A stretch of DNA of 64,000 nt from an uncultured SAR86 cluster bacterium (GCA_902541365.1 CACBQK010000002.1:1478-65477), one strand, 5' to 3'. Shown: positions 30,978-43,238, numbered from the stretch's first letter. The notes: generated from the sequence alone by a model not told the origin. Made by a program: numbers and translations.

Positions 30978-32453
30978 ATGCATGCTTCATCAGATATATT
31001 AGGTCATCCAAAAGGTTTATTTGTTTGCTTTGCAACAGAGATGTGGGAAAGATTTTCTTACTACGGTATGAGAGCTCTTTTAATTTTGTATCTTACAAAG
31101 CACTGGGAGTTCTCTGATGCAACAAGTTACCTTATTTATGGAGCATACACCTCATTAGTATACATAATGCCGGTTTTTGGAGGGATGCTAGCTGACCAAA
31201 TCTTAGGATCAAAAAAAGCTGTAACCTATGGTGCAATACTTTTGGTTTTTGGTCATTTAGGAATGACTGTTGAAAGCAATGAACAGATTTTCTATTTATC
31301 CCTAGCCTTAATTGTATCTGGCGTAGGGTTTTTAAAACCAAATATTTCAACAATGGTTGGAGCTTTATATGAGCAGGGCGATCCAAGAAGAGATTCTGGT
31401 TTTACTATCTTTTATATGGGGATCAATATCGGTGCGTTTACTGCGACTCTCCTATGCGGATATCTTGGAGAAGAAATAGGTTGGGCCTGGGGCTTTGGAG
31501 CTGCTGGAATAGGAATGTTGTTGGGATTGATTATATTTCTCTGGGGGCAAAAATATCTTGAAGGATTAGCAGAACCGCCTTCTGAAAAATATAAAGAAAA
31601 GAAAGCAGGTATTACCTTTGAGAACTGGGCTTATATTTCTGGGATCATAATGGTTTTAACAACATGGTTTCTTGTTCAAAACTCACAACTTGTTGGACAA
31701 CTTCTTGGAGGATTTGGATTCATATTTATTGGAGCTTGGTTAATATATGCTTTATTCAAATGTGATCCTGAAGAAAGAGATCGTTTAATAGTAGTTGGGA
31801 TATTAATATTATTTTCATTAATTTTCTGGGCTCTTTTTGAACAGGCTGGATCTTCACTAAATATACTTACTGATAGAGGTGTAGACAGAGTTATTCTTGG
31901 CTGGGAAGTCCCTGCTTCAATGTTCCAATCCTTGAACGCAGGCTTTATTTTCACTATAGCACCACTTTTTGCTCTTCTTTGGATAGCACTTGCAAAAAGA
32001 AATATGGAGCCTTCCACTCCAATTAAGTTTTCAATTGGCATTGTTTTTGTTGGGCTTGGTTTCTTAGCGCTTGTTTATGGAATGAAATCGTCAGAGGGCT
32101 TACAGACAGGAGTAGTATGGATAATATTGATTTATTTACTTCATACTTTAGGTGAGCTATGTCTTTCTCCAGTAGGCTTATCATCAGTGACTAAATTATC
32201 ACCCCAAAGAATTGTTGGATTTATGATGGGTATGTGGTTTTTTGCATCGGCAGCTGGAAACTATGTAGCAGGATTAATAGCAAGAGCAACATCATCAGAA
32301 AGTTCTGGTGTTTCTGGAGAAGTTTATAATCTAGCTCAAAAGCAGTCATTTATAGATGTTTATACTGATGTTGGTTTAATGGCGATTGGATGCGGTATTG
32401 TTTTAGCTTTAATTACTCCTTTGCTTAAGAAATTAATGCATGGTTCCAGCTAA
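30978..32453 (+). CDS. POT/PTR family proton-dependent oligopeptide transporter
   Basis: ExxERFxYY motif (TEMWERFSYYGMR), GFLKPNIS, FYMGINIG, ELCLSPVGLS. Confidence 0.97.
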   Translation: MHASSDILGHPKGLFVCFATEMWERFSYYGMRALLILYLTKHWEFSDATSYLIYGAYTSLVYIMPVFGGMLADQILGSKKAVTYGAILLVFGHLGMTVESNEQIFYLSLALIVSGVGFLKPNISTMVGALYEQGDPRRDSGFTIFYMGINIGAFTATLLCGYLGEEIGWAWGFGAAGIGMLLGLIIFLWGQKYLEGLAEPPSEKYKEKKAGITFENWAYISGIIMVLTTWFLVQNSQLVGQLLGGFGFIFIGAWLIYALFKCDPEERDRLIVVGILILFSLIFWALFEQAGSSLNILTDRGVDRVILGWEVPASMFQSLNAGFIFTIAPLFALLWIALAKRNMEPSTPIKFSIGIVFVGLGFLALVYGMKSSEGLQTGVVWIILIYLLHTLGELCLSPVGLSSVTKLSPQRIVGFMMGMWFFASAAGNYVAGLIARATSSESSGVSGEVYNLAQKQSFIDVYTDVGLMAIGCGIVLALITPLLKKLMHGSS

Positions 32454-32568
32454 TAGAAAAAGAGATCCTGTTAAGAAAAATATGGATAAATTCCATAAAC
32501 CAAAGACTCATAAAGATAAATCAAAATACAGTAGAAAGGAAAAATTTAAGCCGATTGATGAACTTTAA
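32440..32568 (+). CDS. Small basic protein, 42 aa (missed by the ORF track)
   Basis: ATG at 32440 to TAA at 32566-32568 gives MVPANRKRDPVKKNMDKFHKPKTHKDKSKYSRKEKFKPIDEL. It exactly fills the gap between two convergent genes. Confidence 0.7.
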   Translation: MVPANRKRDPVKKNMDKFHKPKTHKDKSKYSRKEKFKPIDEL

Positions 32569-33682
32569 TTAGTATCTTTTTATATATTTCTTTTAAAATA
32601 CTTAGGTCTTCAATATCGACATGTTCATCAATTTGATGGATGGTTTTATTTAGAGGCCCAAGCTCAACTATCTCTGATCCCATTGGCGCAACCCATCTTC
32701 CATCAGATGTACCACCTCCATTATCAATTTTAGTATCGATATTATTTATTTCCTTAATTGATGACTTAACAATATCTATGAATTCAGTTTTTGCAGTCAA
32801 AAATGGAAGGGCGCTAAGTGTCCAACTCACATTATATTTAAGATCTGATTTTTTTAACAATGCCTCAAATTTTTCCTTGAGTCCGTCTGGAGATGACTCT
32901 GGTGAAAACCTAAAATTGAAAGTCATTTCCAAAACTCCAGGCACTACATTTTCAGCTCCTGTTCCAGATTTAATATTTGAAACCTGAAAACTTGTTGGTT
33001 CAAAATTTTCATTCCCGCGATCCCATTCCATATTTTTTAGTTCTTCTAATGTTCTACCTATTCCCAAGATCGGATTTAATGCTTGCTTTGGATATGCAAC
33101 ATGACCCTGAATACCATATACTTTAAGATTACCTGAAAGCGAACCTCTTCTTCCAATCCTTATAACATCACCAACTTTTTTTGATGAACTAGGTTCACCA
33201 ATTAAACAGAAATCTATAAATTTATCTTTATCAATCATCTCATTGATCACCCTATCAACTTTCCCATTTTCTAACTTACCTTCTTCATTACTATTTAATA
33301 AAACCATAATGTTAAAAGAGGGGTCTTTGTTCTCAGAAAGAAACTCTTTAAGAGCAGAGATAAAACAAGCTACTCCGCCTTTCATATCAGCAGCTCCTCT
33401 TCCATAAATCTTATTATCTTTAATCTCGCCTGAAAAAGGTGGAACACTCCACTCACTTTCAGGACCAGGAGGAACAACATCCGTATGGCCTAAAAAACAA
33501 AAAGTTTTATTTTTTGAATCTCCATTGGTGATAATTAGGTTACTAATATTTTTATAATTTGTTTCTTCAAAAGAAAAATCTAAACCATCAAATTGTTGCT
33601 TAATAACATCAAAGCAACCGTTGTCATTTGGACTAATGGATTCAATTTTTATTAATTTTTTAAGAAGTTCTAAATTACTCAC
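32546..33682 (-). CDS. dapE: Succinyl-diaminopimelate desuccinylase
   Basis: GHTDVVP, GRGAADMKG, SNEEG, IGRRGS, QGHVAYP, GGTSDGR, IHQIDE. Confidence 0.97.
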   Translation of the reverse strand: MSNLELLKKLIKIESISPNDNGCFDVIKQQFDGLDFSFEETNYKNISNLIITNGDSKNKTFCFLGHTDVVPPGPESEWSVPPFSGEIKDNKIYGRGAADMKGGVACFISALKEFLSENKDPSFNIMVLLNSNEEGKLENGKVDRVINEMIDKDKFIDFCLIGEPSSSKKVGDVIRIGRRGSLSGNLKVYGIQGHVAYPKQALNPILGIGRTLEELKNMEWDRGNENFEPTSFQVSNIKSGTGAENVVPGVLEMTFNFRFSPESSPDGLKEKFEALLKKSDLKYNVSWTLSALPFLTAKTEFIDIVKSSIKEINNIDTKIDNGGGTSDGRWVAPMGSEIVELGPLNKTIHQIDEHVDIEDLSILKEIYKKILIKVHQSA

Positions 33683-34452
33683 TAAAACCTCTCTTCATCT
33701 CTTTTAGTAAGGACATCACAACCATTTGATGTAATGGCAATTGTATGTTCCCACTGTGCTGAATTTCTTCCATCCTTTGTTTCTACCGTCCAGCCATCCG
33801 AAAGTATTTTAGTATATTTTGTACCTTGATTAATCATAGGCTCAATAGTAAAACACATTCCTTCAACAAGCTCGATTCCTGTGCCTGGTTTTCCAAAATG
33901 CAACACTTGAGGATCTTCATGATAGACCTTACCAATTACATGACCACAATAGTCCTCAACAACGCTATAGTGATTCTTTTCAGCGTGAGACTGAATAACA
34001 TGGCCTATGTCGCCTAAGGTGATACCAGGTTTTGCAATTTCAATAGCTTTGTACAAACATTCTTGAGTGACTGAGACTAATTTCTCATTGTGAGGTTGTG
34101 TCTTACCAACTAAAAACATTTTTGAAGTATCTCCATACCAACCATCTTTAAGGACTGTAACATCAATATTTACAATATCATTGTCTTTGAGGATTTTGTT
34201 TTGATTAGGTATGCCATGACAAATAACTTGATTAACGCTTATGCATGATGTTTTTTCATAGCCGTTGTAACCAATATTAGCAGGAATAGCTTTTTGCTCA
34301 TTAACAATAAAGTCATGACAAATATCATCTAGTTCCCCTGTTGATATTCCAGGTTTAACATGTTCAGTAATCATATTGAGGACATTTGCAGCAAGTTGAC
34401 CAGCACTTCTCAGTTTTTCTATATCATTTTTATTTTTTATTGAAATATTCAT
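33682..34452 (-). CDS. map: Methionine aminopeptidase type I
   Basis: ICHGIP, NIDVT, GDTSKM, YCGHVIG, FTIEPMIN, SAQWEHT. Confidence 0.98.
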   Translation of the reverse strand: MNISIKNKNDIEKLRSAGQLAANVLNMITEHVKPGISTGELDDICHDFIVNEQKAIPANIGYNGYEKTSCISVNQVICHGIPNQNKILKDNDIVNIDVTVLKDGWYGDTSKMFLVGKTQPHNEKLVSVTQECLYKAIEIAKPGITLGDIGHVIQSHAEKNHYSVVEDYCGHVIGKVYHEDPQVLHFGKPGTGIELVEGMCFTIEPMINQGTKYTKILSDGWTVETKDGRNSAQWEHTIAITSNGCDVLTKRDEERF

Positions 34453-34607
34453 TATTTTTGATGCATATCTATAGACTAATTTTAATTAACCTTGTAAAGT
34501 ACAATTTTAATGCCAGCATGTAATTTTAGCTCATTAAAATCCCCAAAAAAAATATTTTTTTATCCTATTTTTTTCTGTCAATTCTTCTCAATAAGGAGTA
34601 AATCATA

Positions 34608-35732
34608 GTGTCTTTTCCATGCATCTTAGCACTTGAAGATGGAAGCACATTTGTTGGTCATGGTATTGGAGCTAAAAAAGTAGCAATTGGCGAAATTGTT
34701 TTCAATACTTCCATGAGCGGCTATCAAGAAATAATAACTGATCCATCTTATTGCAAACAGATTATTACATTTACCCATCCTCATATAGGCAATACAGGTA
34801 TTAATTCTGAAGATAATGAATCAGATAATATATATGCTGAAGGAGTCGTTATCAGAAATTATATCTCTAAGCCAAGCAACTATAGGTCTGAAGAAAATCT
34901 TGATAGTTTTTTGACAAGAAATAACTCTATTGGGATTTTTGGAATAGATACCAGACAGCTAACAATTATTTTGAGGGAAAAAGGCTCATTGAAAGCATGC
35001 ATTAGTCCGATAGATGAAAATAATGAAGAATCAGCAATATCTTTAGCAAAAAGCTTTGATGGTCTTGAGGGAATGGATTTAGCCAAAGAAGTAACTACAA
35101 AAAATTTATATTCTTGGAATGAGGGAGTCTGGCCTGATTATAAAGCGTCAGAAAGCAAGCTGCATATCGTTGCATATGACTATGGGATTAAAAAGAACAT
35201 TTTAAGACTACTTTCTGAGCATGTTGGGAAAGTAACAGTTGTAAATGCAAGATGCTCTTTTGATGAAGTTCTAAAGATGAATCCAGATGGTATCTTTTTA
35301 TCAAATGGACCTGGCGATCCAGAGCCATGCGATTATGCTATTGAAAATATTAAAAGGGCACTAAATGAAAATATTCCTATATTTGGGATCTGCCTTGGTC
35401 ACCAACTATTAGCACTTGCAGGTGGAGCAAAAACTGAAAAAATGAAATTTGGCCATCATGGGGCAAATCATCCTGTTCAATCTCAAAAATCCAAGGAAGT
35501 ATTCATAACAAGTCAAAATCATGGCTTTGCTGTGAACGAGGACTCATTGCCAAATAATATTGAGATTTCTCATGTATCACTTTTTGATCAATCGATTCAA
35601 GGTATTTCATTTAAAGATAAGCCTGCATTTAGTTTTCAAGGACATCCTGAAGCAAGTCCAGGTCCACAAGATATAGTTAGTTTATTTAAGCAATTTAAAG
35701 AAATGATAGATAAAAATGCCAAAAAGAAATGA
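34608..35732 (+). CDS. carA: Carbamoyl-phosphate synthase small subunit
   Basis: [30 protein letters not shown]; AAGGAG RBS with GTG start. Confidence 0.98.
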   Translation: MSFPCILALEDGSTFVGHGIGAKKVAIGEIVFNTSMSGYQEIITDPSYCKQIITFTHPHIGNTGINSEDNESDNIYAEGVVIRNYISKPSNYRSEENLDSFLTRNNSIGIFGIDTRQLTIILREKGSLKACISPIDENNEESAISLAKSFDGLEGMDLAKEVTTKNLYSWNEGVWPDYKASESKLHIVAYDYGIKKNILRLLSEHVGKVTVVNARCSFDEVLKMNPDGIFLSNGPGDPEPCDYAIENIKRALNENIPIFGICLGHQLLALAGGAKTEKMKFGHHGANHPVQSQKSKEVFITSQNHGFAVNEDSLPNNIEISHVSLFDQSIQGISFKDKPAFSFQGHPEASPGPQDIVSLFKQFKEMIDKNAKKK

Positions 35733-38700
35733 CATAAAATCCGTAATGATAATTGGTGCAGGGCCTATTATTATTGGTCAGGCATGTGAATTTGATTATT
35801 CTGGAGCCCAGGCATGTAAAGCACTAAAAGAAGAGGGCTATAGAGTAATTTTAGTCAACTCAAACCCAGCTACAATCATGACTGATCCATTACTTGCTGA
35901 TGCTACTTATATTGAACCAATTCATTGGGAGTCAGTTGCCAAGATAATAGAGAAGGAAAGACCAGATGCACTTCTACCAACCATGGGAGGACAGACAGGT
36001 TTAAATACTGCTCTCTCATTGGCAAGGGAAGGAATCTTAAAAAAATATAATGTTGAATTAATAGGTGCCTCAAGAGAGGCAATTGACAAAGCTGAAGATA
36101 GACAGCTTTTTGATCAGACTATGAAGAAAATAGACTTGGAAACGCCTCAATCAGGCATTGCACACTCTATGGAGGATGCATTAGAGGTTCAGAAAGAGAT
36201 TGGATTTCCATGCATTATAAGACCTTCATTTACTCTTGGTGGGTCTGGAGGTGGAGTTGCGTACAATATAGAAGAATTTAAAACAATCTGTGAGAAAGGA
36301 TTAGATTTATCTCCAACAAATGAACTATTAATAGATGAGTCTCTTTTAGGTTGGAAAGAATACGAAATGGAGGTTGTTAGAGATAGAAATGATAACTGCA
36401 TTATTATCTGCTCTATAGAAAACTTTGATCCAATGGGTGTTCATACTGGAGACTCAATAACGATAGCACCTGCACAAACTTTAACAGATAAGGAATTCCA
36501 AATAATGCGTAATGCTTCTTTTAAAATTTTAAGAGAAATAGGCGTGGAAACTGGTGGTTCAAATGTTCAATTTGCAATAAATCCAGTTGACGGTCGAATG
36601 GTTGTCATAGAAATGAATCCCAGAGTTAGTAGATCGTCCGCTCTAGCTTCAAAAGCAACTGGATTCCCTATTGCAAAAGTTGCAGCCCTTTTGTCTATTG
36701 GATATACCCTTGATGAGCTCAAAAACGATATAACCTCAGGATTAACTCCCGCATCATTTGAACCTTCAATTGATTATATTGTGACAAAAATACCAAAGTT
36801 TGCGTTTGAAAAGTTTCCACAAGCTGAGCCAAGACTTTCTACACAGATGAAATCCGTTGGTGAAGTTATGTCAATTGGCTCAAATTTTCAGGAGTCTCTT
36901 CAAAAAGCCATTTGTAGTATGGAGGATGACAAATGTGGGCTAGAAAAAATTCTTAATGATAGCGAGTTAATTAATGAGAAGCTTGGATTTGAGTTAACTT
37001 TTCCAGGGCCTGAAAGGCTTTTTTATATAGCAGATGCATTCAGATGTGGATGGTCTCTTGAAAAGATTTTTGATCTAACATCTATAGATCCTTGGTTTTT
37101 GAGACAAATTGAAGATTTAGTTTCTGAAGAAAATACAATAGAAGGCTCTAAACTTGAAAACTTATCAAAGGAAGATTTCATAAGGCTAAAGACTAAAGGG
37201 TTTAGTGATCAAAGAATTGCAAATTTACTTGATGAAAGCTATGAAAAAGTAAGATCAAAGAGGAAGTCGCATAATATTTTACCTTCTTACAAGCGGGTTG
37301 ATACATGCGCTGCAGAGTTTAAAACTTCAACATGTTATATGTACTCAACTTATGAAGGTATTTGTGAGAGTGAGCCAACCTCGAAAAAGAAAATATTAGT
37401 CCTTGGAAGTGGCCCAAACAGAATAGGCCAAGGCATTGAATTTGACTATTGTTGTGTTCATGCATCCCTAGCGATGCAGGAGGAAGGTTTCGAATCAATT
37501 ATGGTTAATTGTAATCCTGAAACTGTCTCAACAGATTACGATGTTTCAAATAGACTTTACTTTGAGCCAATAACCTCTGAAAAGATTTTAGATATTATTG
37601 ACTTAGAAAAACCTGATGGAGTCATTATTCAATTTGGAGGTCAAACTCCTCTAAAACTTTCAAATGATCTTGAGAACTATGGTGTAAATATCCTTGGAAC
37701 AGAGCCTGATGCAATTGACAGGTCAGAAGATAGAAAAAGGTTCCAAGAAATTATTAGTAAGCTTGGTCTTCTTCAACCAAAGAATGCAACTGTCTCGAGT
37801 TTAAAAGAAGCGCTAAACAAATCAGATGAAATTGGCTTCCCAATTGTTGTAAGACCATCATATGTTTTAGGCGGTAGGGCTATGGAGCTTGTAAATAATA
37901 AAGATGAGCTTGGTATATATATTTCCGATGCAGTACAGGCCTCTAATGAACGACCAATTCTTTTAGATCATTATCTTGATAACGCAATTGAGGTTGATGT
38001 AGATGTTGTTTCAGATGGTAAGGAGATTGTAATTGGTGGAATACTTCAACACATTGAACAAGCTGGAATTCATTCAGGTGATTCAGCTTGCTCTCTGCCA
38101 CCTTATTCTCTGAGTGAGGAAATAATTAAAAAGCTAGAACTTCAATCTAAAAAGTTAGCAGAAGAGCTAAATGTTATTGGTTTGATGAATGTTCAATTTG
38201 CAATTAAAGATAATGAAGTTTTCATTCTTGAAGTAAATCCCAGAGCATCTAGAACGGTTCCCTTTATTTCAAAATGTATTGGTAATTCTCTAGTGAAAGT
38301 TGCTGCAAAAACAATGATTGGAAAAAGCTTAAAAGAACTAGGATTCTCAAATAAGCTACCCAAAAATATGTTTTTTGTTAAAGAAGCTGTTCTACCTTTT
38401 GATAAGTTTCCCAATGTAGATCCAATTCTGGGGCCCGAAATGAAATCTACTGGAGAGGTTATGGGCATTGGAAAAAATTTTGGAGAAGCATATGGAAAGG
38501 CACAAAAAGCTGCAAATAAAGTTCTCAGAAGAAAAGGAAAGATTTTTATAAGCGTGAAAGAAGATGATAAGAAACACTTAGATTCAATAGTAGAAAAAAT
38601 AATTAGTTTTGGTTTTGAAATTATTGCAACAAAAGGAACTGCAAAATATATTAAGAAATTCGGTTTTGATGTTCAGGAGATTAATAAGGTTGCCGAGGGA

Positions 38701-38922
38701 AGGCCACATATCGTTGATGAGCTTGTTAATGATCAAGTTTGTCTTGTAATAAACACAACTCAAGGAAGACAGTCTATAAAAGATTCTGCATCTATTAGGC
38801 AGACGGCTTTGAGAAAAAAGATTCTGTGCACAACAACTATGTTCGGAGCAGATGCTTTAGTTAAGGCATTAGAAAATAAAGAAGAGGACTGGGATTTCAG
38901 CTCCTTACAAGAAATTAACTAA
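35716..38922 (+). CDS. carB: Carbamoyl-phosphate synthase large subunit
   Basis: [11 protein letters not shown], duplicated ATP-grasp domains ([21 protein letters not shown]), MGS domain. Confidence 0.99.
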   Translation: MPKRNDIKSVMIIGAGPIIIGQACEFDYSGAQACKALKEEGYRVILVNSNPATIMTDPLLADATYIEPIHWESVAKIIEKERPDALLPTMGGQTGLNTALSLAREGILKKYNVELIGASREAIDKAEDRQLFDQTMKKIDLETPQSGIAHSMEDALEVQKEIGFPCIIRPSFTLGGSGGGVAYNIEEFKTICEKGLDLSPTNELLIDESLLGWKEYEMEVVRDRNDNCIIICSIENFDPMGVHTGDSITIAPAQTLTDKEFQIMRNASFKILREIGVETGGSNVQFAINPVDGRMVVIEMNPRVSRSSALASKATGFPIAKVAALLSIGYTLDELKNDITSGLTPASFEPSIDYIVTKIPKFAFEKFPQAEPRLSTQMKSVGEVMSIGSNFQESLQKAICSMEDDKCGLEKILNDSELINEKLGFELTFPGPERLFYIADAFRCGWSLEKIFDLTSIDPWFLRQIEDLVSEENTIEGSKLENLSKEDFIRLKTKGFSDQRIANLLDESYEKVRSKRKSHNILPSYKRVDTCAAEFKTSTCYMYSTYEGICESEPTSKKKILVLGSGPNRIGQGIEFDYCCVHASLAMQEEGFESIMVNCNPETVSTDYDVSNRLYFEPITSEKILDIIDLEKPDGVIIQFGGQTPLKLSNDLENYGVNILGTEPDAIDRSEDRKRFQEIISKLGLLQPKNATVSSLKEALNKSDEIGFPIVVRPSYVLGGRAMELVNNKDELGIYISDAVQASNERPILLDHYLDNAIEVDVDVVSDGKEIVIGGILQHIEQAGIHSGDSACSLPPYSLSEEIIKKLELQSKKLAEELNVIGLMNVQFAIKDNEVFILEVNPRASRTVPFISKCIGNSLVKVAAKTMIGKSLKELGFSNKLPKNMFFVKEAVLPFDKFPNVDPILGPEMKSTGEVMGIGKNFGEAYGKAQKAANKVLRRKGKIFISVKEDDKKHLDSIVEKIISFGFEIIATKGTAKYIKKFGFDVQEINKVAEGRPHIVDELVNDQVCLVINTTQGRQSIKDSASIRQTALRKKILCTTTMFGADALVKALENKEEDWDFSSLQEIN

Positions 38923-38948
38923 TTATTACAAGTTGATATAATTAACTC

Positions 38949-39425
38949 ATGTCTAGGGTACCAATTACAAAAGAGGGAGAAATAATCCTGAAAGAAAGAT
39001 TAACAAAGTTAAAATTTGTCGATAGACCTCAGATTTCAGAGGCTATTGCTGAGGCAAGAGCGCACGGAGATTTAAAAGAAAATGCTGAATATCATGCAGC
39101 AAAAGAGCAACAGGGATTGACTGAGGCCAAAATTAATGAGCTTGAACACGCATTGGCAAATGCACAAGTAATTGATGTTAGAGAACTACCTAAAACTGGA
39201 AAAGTAGTTTTTGGAGCAACAATTAAGCTTTATAACTTAGATACTGATGAATCAATCTCTTATCGAATTGTTGGAAACCTTGAATCTGATCCTGCAAATG
39301 GCATGATCTCAATTGATACACCAATTGGAAGGGGCTTAATTGGAAAGTCTATTGGAGATGAAGTAAGTATTGAAACACCATCTGGAAAGCTAAATTTCGA
39401 AATAGAGGAAGTAGAGCATATTTAA
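38949..39425 (+). CDS. greA: Transcription elongation factor GreA
   Basis: [18 protein letters not shown] and [11 protein letters not shown]. Confidence 0.98.
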   Translation: MSRVPITKEGEIILKERLTKLKFVDRPQISEAIAEARAHGDLKENAEYHAAKEQQGLTEAKINELEHALANAQVIDVRELPKTGKVVFGATIKLYNLDTDESISYRIVGNLESDPANGMISIDTPIGRGLIGKSIGDEVSIETPSGKLNFEIEEVEHI

Positions 39426-39428
39426 TTC

Positions 39429-39992
39429 ATGCATGCAGATAATTGGGCTCAAAAAGCAAAATCTTTAGGATATAGATCTAGAGCTGTATTCAAGTTAATT
39501 CAAATAATTGAAAAAATTAAACAAATTAAAAATCCAAACCTAATTTTAGATATTGGAGCTGCTCCAGGTGGATGGTCTCATTATTTAGCAAATAAATATC
39601 CAAATGCTGAAATATTTGCCATAGACATTTTAGAAATGGAAGAAATAAAAGGAGTAAAGTTTATACAGGAGGACTTAAGGAATATTGAACAAATAGATCA
39701 GCTCAATGATTTAAAAAATAAATTTAATCTTGTGATTTCTGATTTAGCCCCAAATTTAACTGGTATAAGCAGTATTGATGAAGAAAATGTATTCGAGCTT
39801 AATTTGCTTACTTTAGAGGGAGCAATAAGATTTTTAGAAAGTAACGGTATATTTATTGTTAAAACTTTTCAAAACTCTAATTTAAAGAAATTTAGAAAAG
39901 AAATGGAAAAAAATTTAAAAATAGTCCAAACTGCTAAACCCGCTGCTTCCAAGAAGCAGTCAAAAGAGATATATTTATACGGTATAAAGTAA
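39429..39992 (+). CDS. rlmE: 23S rRNA U2552 2'-O-methyltransferase
   Basis: [38 protein letters not shown]. Confidence 0.96.
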   Translation: MHADNWAQKAKSLGYRSRAVFKLIQIIEKIKQIKNPNLILDIGAAPGGWSHYLANKYPNAEIFAIDILEMEEIKGVKFIQEDLRNIEQIDQLNDLKNKFNLVISDLAPNLTGISSIDEENVFELNLLTLEGAIRFLESNGIFIVKTFQNSNLKKFRKEMEKNLKIVQTAKPAASKKQSKEIYLYGIK

Positions 39993-39994
39993 CT

Positions 39995-41905
39995 ATGAAC
40001 GATTTTTTAAAAAATATTTTTGTATGGCTTGTGTTAGGGTCTATTATTTTTTTAGTATTCAATAATGTTGAACCAACAGCTCCAAGAGAAACTATATCTT
40101 ACAGTCAATTTAAACAAGAAGTTTTATCAGACAGAGTATCAGAAGTAACATATAAAGGTGATCAGATGACAATCTTTGGTCAAAGATTGGATGGGTCCAA
40201 GTTTAAAACCAATCATCCTATTTATAAGTCTGATCCTGTGTTAGATGCAGCGCTTCAAGAAAACGGAGTAATCACCTCATATGAAGAGGTTGAACAACCA
40301 TCAGTTTGGTCACAGTTATTGGTTGGAGCATTTCCGATTTTACTTTTACTTGCGATATTTTTCTTTTTCATGAGGCAAATGCAGGGAAGTATGTCTGGAA
40401 GAGGTGGACCAATGTCTTTCGGAAAAAGTAAAGCCAAGTTAATGGAAGGTGGAAAGGTAAAGACTACTTTTAAGGATGTAGCTGGATGCGAGGAAGCAAA
40501 ACAAGATGTACAAGAACTTGTTGATTACTTAAAAGATCCAACTAGATTTCAAAAAGTTGGTGGGAAAATACCAAGAGGTGTCTTAATGGTGGGTCCTCCT
40601 GGAACTGGTAAGACTCTTCTTGCTAGAGCCACAGCTGGTGAGGCTAGAGTGCCTTTCTTTAGCATTTCAGGCTCTGACTTTGTTGAAATGTTTGTTGGTG
40701 TTGGCGCATCAAGAGTAAGGGATATGTTTGATCAAGCTAAAAAGAATTCCCCATGTATAGTTTTTATAGATGAAATTGATGCCGTAGGTAGGCACAGAGG
40801 AGCAGGTCTTGGTGGAGGACATGATGAGAGAGAGCAGACACTTAACCAGCTTCTTGTCGAAATGGATGGCTTTGAGGCTAATGATGGAATTATCATAGTT
40901 GCAGCAACAAATAGACCCGATGTTCTAGATCCAGCTTTATTAAGACCTGGAAGATTTGATAGACAAGTTGTTGTTGATATGCCTGATATTAGAGGAAGAG
41001 AACAAATCTTAAAAGTCCATGTTCGAAAAGTTCCACTTGATAAAAATGTTGACTTAAGAGCAATTGCTAGAGGAACTCCAGGATTCTCTGGTGCGGATTT
41101 AGCTAACCTTATCAATGAAGCAGCTCTATTTGCGGCTAGATATGGTGATAAAAAAGTTGAGCAGACTCATCTGGATCTTGCTAAAGACAAAATCATGATG
41201 GGCCCTGAAAGAAAATCAATGATACTTACCGAAGAGCAAAAACGTCTTACTGCATATCATGAAGCAGGACATGCTATTGTTGGAAGGATAGTTCCAGAAC
41301 ATGATCCAGTTTATAAAGTAACCATAATTCCTCGAGGCAGAGCTTTAGGAGTTACTATGTTCCTTCCTGAAGATGATAAGTATATGCAAAGTAAAGAGTA
41401 TCTTTTGAGTAGAATATGTACGCTTTATGGTGGCAGAATAGCTGAACAACTTATTAATGGTGAGAGAAACATTACTACTGGCGCTTCAAATGATATTGAA
41501 GTTGCTACTGGAATTGCCACTAACATGGTTACTAAATGGGGACTCTCTGACAAGGTCGGGCCTCTCAAGTTTGGAGAAGATGATTCAAGCCCATTTTTAG
41601 GGAGATCCGCATCTCAATCATCAAAGACTTATAGTGATGAGACCTCAAAACTTATTGATAGTGAGATAAAAGACATAATTAATTCTTGCTATGAGCGAGC
41701 TGAAACTATTTTGAAAGATAATATGGATAAACTCCATACAATGGCTGAGGCACTTTTAAAATATGAGACAATTGATCAGCACCAAATTGATGATATTATG
41801 AGCGGTGCAGAACCGAGGGAGCCTAGTGATTGGAATAATGACGATGAACCTCCCAAAAAAAGTACAAAAGAATCTTCAATAAAAGGACCAGCAGAAGAGT
41901 TATAA
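39995..41905 (+). CDS. ftsH: ATP-dependent zinc metalloprotease FtsH
   Basis: [38 protein letters not shown]. Confidence 0.99.
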   Translation: MNDFLKNIFVWLVLGSIIFLVFNNVEPTAPRETISYSQFKQEVLSDRVSEVTYKGDQMTIFGQRLDGSKFKTNHPIYKSDPVLDAALQENGVITSYEEVEQPSVWSQLLVGAFPILLLLAIFFFFMRQMQGSMSGRGGPMSFGKSKAKLMEGGKVKTTFKDVAGCEEAKQDVQELVDYLKDPTRFQKVGGKIPRGVLMVGPPGTGKTLLARATAGEARVPFFSISGSDFVEMFVGVGASRVRDMFDQAKKNSPCIVFIDEIDAVGRHRGAGLGGGHDEREQTLNQLLVEMDGFEANDGIIIVAATNRPDVLDPALLRPGRFDRQVVVDMPDIRGREQILKVHVRKVPLDKNVDLRAIARGTPGFSGADLANLINEAALFAARYGDKKVEQTHLDLAKDKIMMGPERKSMILTEEQKRLTAYHEAGHAIVGRIVPEHDPVYKVTIIPRGRALGVTMFLPEDDKYMQSKEYLLSRICTLYGGRIAEQLINGERNITTGASNDIEVATGIATNMVTKWGLSDKVGPLKFGEDDSSPFLGRSASQSSKTYSDETSKLIDSEIKDIINSCYERAETILKDNMDKLHTMAEALLKYETIDQHQIDDIMSGAEPREPSDWNNDDEPPKKSTKESSIKGPAEEL

Positions 41906-41912
41906 TAGACCT

Positions 41913-43238
41913 ATGAATCTTAAATTTGGTACCGATGGGATTAGGGGGCCTGTCGAAACTAAAGTTACTCCTGAAGCTTGTCTTCGCATTGGTCATGCAG
42001 CTGGTATTGTTTTTAAAGAGCTCGGCTGGGATACAGTGTTAATTGGAAAAGATACCAGAGTATCAGGTTATATGCTTGAAGCTGCTCTTCAAGCAGGATT
42101 CTTGTCTGTCGGGATGAATGTAAGGCTTCTTGGTCCATTACCAACGCCGGGTGTTGCATATTTAACTAAATCTTTCAGAAATCAGTGTGGTGTTGTTATA
42201 AGCGCGTCTCACAATGATTATCAAGATAATGGAATCAAAATTTTCGATAATAGTGGCGTAAAAATTGATAGAAAGATTGAGATGATGATTGAAAATATTT
42301 TAAGTGACAAAATTACATCATTACCATCAGTAGAAATTGGAAAAGCTAAAAGATTTGATGAATCTGGACCGAGATATGTTGAATTTTGCAAATCAACTGT
42401 TCCTGAAGATATTAGCTTTAGTAATTTAAGAATTGTCCTTGACTGCGCAAATGGAGCATCTTATAAGGTTACCCCAGATGTTTTTCATGAGTTGGGCGCT
42501 GAAATAATAGTTGTTGGAGATCAACCTGATGGATACAACATTAACCAGGAATGTGGATCAACTAACCCTGAGCTTGTTCAAAGACTTGTTAAAGAGCATA
42601 GAGCTGACTTTGGAGTATCACTTGATGGTGATGCGGATAGAGTAACTATTGTTGACAGAGAGTCAAATATGTTAGATGGAGATGACATTCTTTATATTTT
42701 AGGTTTTGCAAATCCAAATAGATTAGGTCCATGGTCAGGCATAGTTGGAACTCAGATGTCGAATGTTGGATTAGAAGATGGCCTTAATAAACTTGGGTAT
42801 TCCTTTAAAAGGGCAGACGTCGGTGATAAATATGTATCAGATTTGCTATCAAAAGAGGGTTGGCTTCTTGGTGGAGAGCCCTCTGGACATATTATCTGCA
42901 GAGACCTTGTTAGCACAGGTGATGGAACTATAGCAGCTCTTAAAACAATTAGTTCACTTGTTATGCTTGAGAAAGATCCTAAAGATGTTCTTTCGAATTA
43001 CAAAAAAATACCCCAAATAAATGAATCTATCAGTGTTATAAATAAAGATATTATTAGTGATGCTGAAGTAAAAACAGCTATAAATGATATAAAGTCAGAC
43101 TTAACTATTAACAGGATTCTTGTTAGACCCTCAGGGACTGAAAATAAGATTAGAATAATGATTGAATCTGAAAATAAAAAAACAGCTAAAAAATATACAA
43201 ATGATCTCATTAAACTGTTCGAGTCTAAAATCGCATAA
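41913..43238 (+). CDS. glmM: Phosphoglucosamine mutase
   Basis: FGTDGIRG, ISASHN, DGDADR, GGEPSGH, RPSGTE. Confidence 0.97.
   Translation: MNLKFGTDGIRGPVETKVTPEACLRIGHAAGIVFKELGWDTVLIGKDTRVSGYMLEAALQAGFLSVGMNVRLLGPLPTPGVAYLTKSFRNQCGVVISASHNDYQDNGIKIFDNSGVKIDRKIEMMIENILSDKITSLPSVEIGKAKRFDESGPRYVEFCKSTVPEDISFSNLRIVLDCANGASYKVTPDVFHELGAEIIVVGDQPDGYNINQECGSTNPELVQRLVKEHRADFGVSLDGDADRVTIVDRESNMLDGDDILYILGFANPNRLGPWSGIVGTQMSNVGLEDGLNKLGYSFKRADVGDKYVSDLLSKEGWLLGGEPSGHIICRDLVSTGDGTIAALKTISSLVMLEKDPKDVLSNYKKIPQINESISVINKDIISDAEVKTAINDIKSDLTINRILVRPSGTENKIRIMIESENKKTAKKYTNDLIKLFESKIA

Noticed and set aside
34545-34561. A8-TA-T7 palindrome upstream of carA
   Set aside because: Low-complexity and expected in AT-rich DNA.
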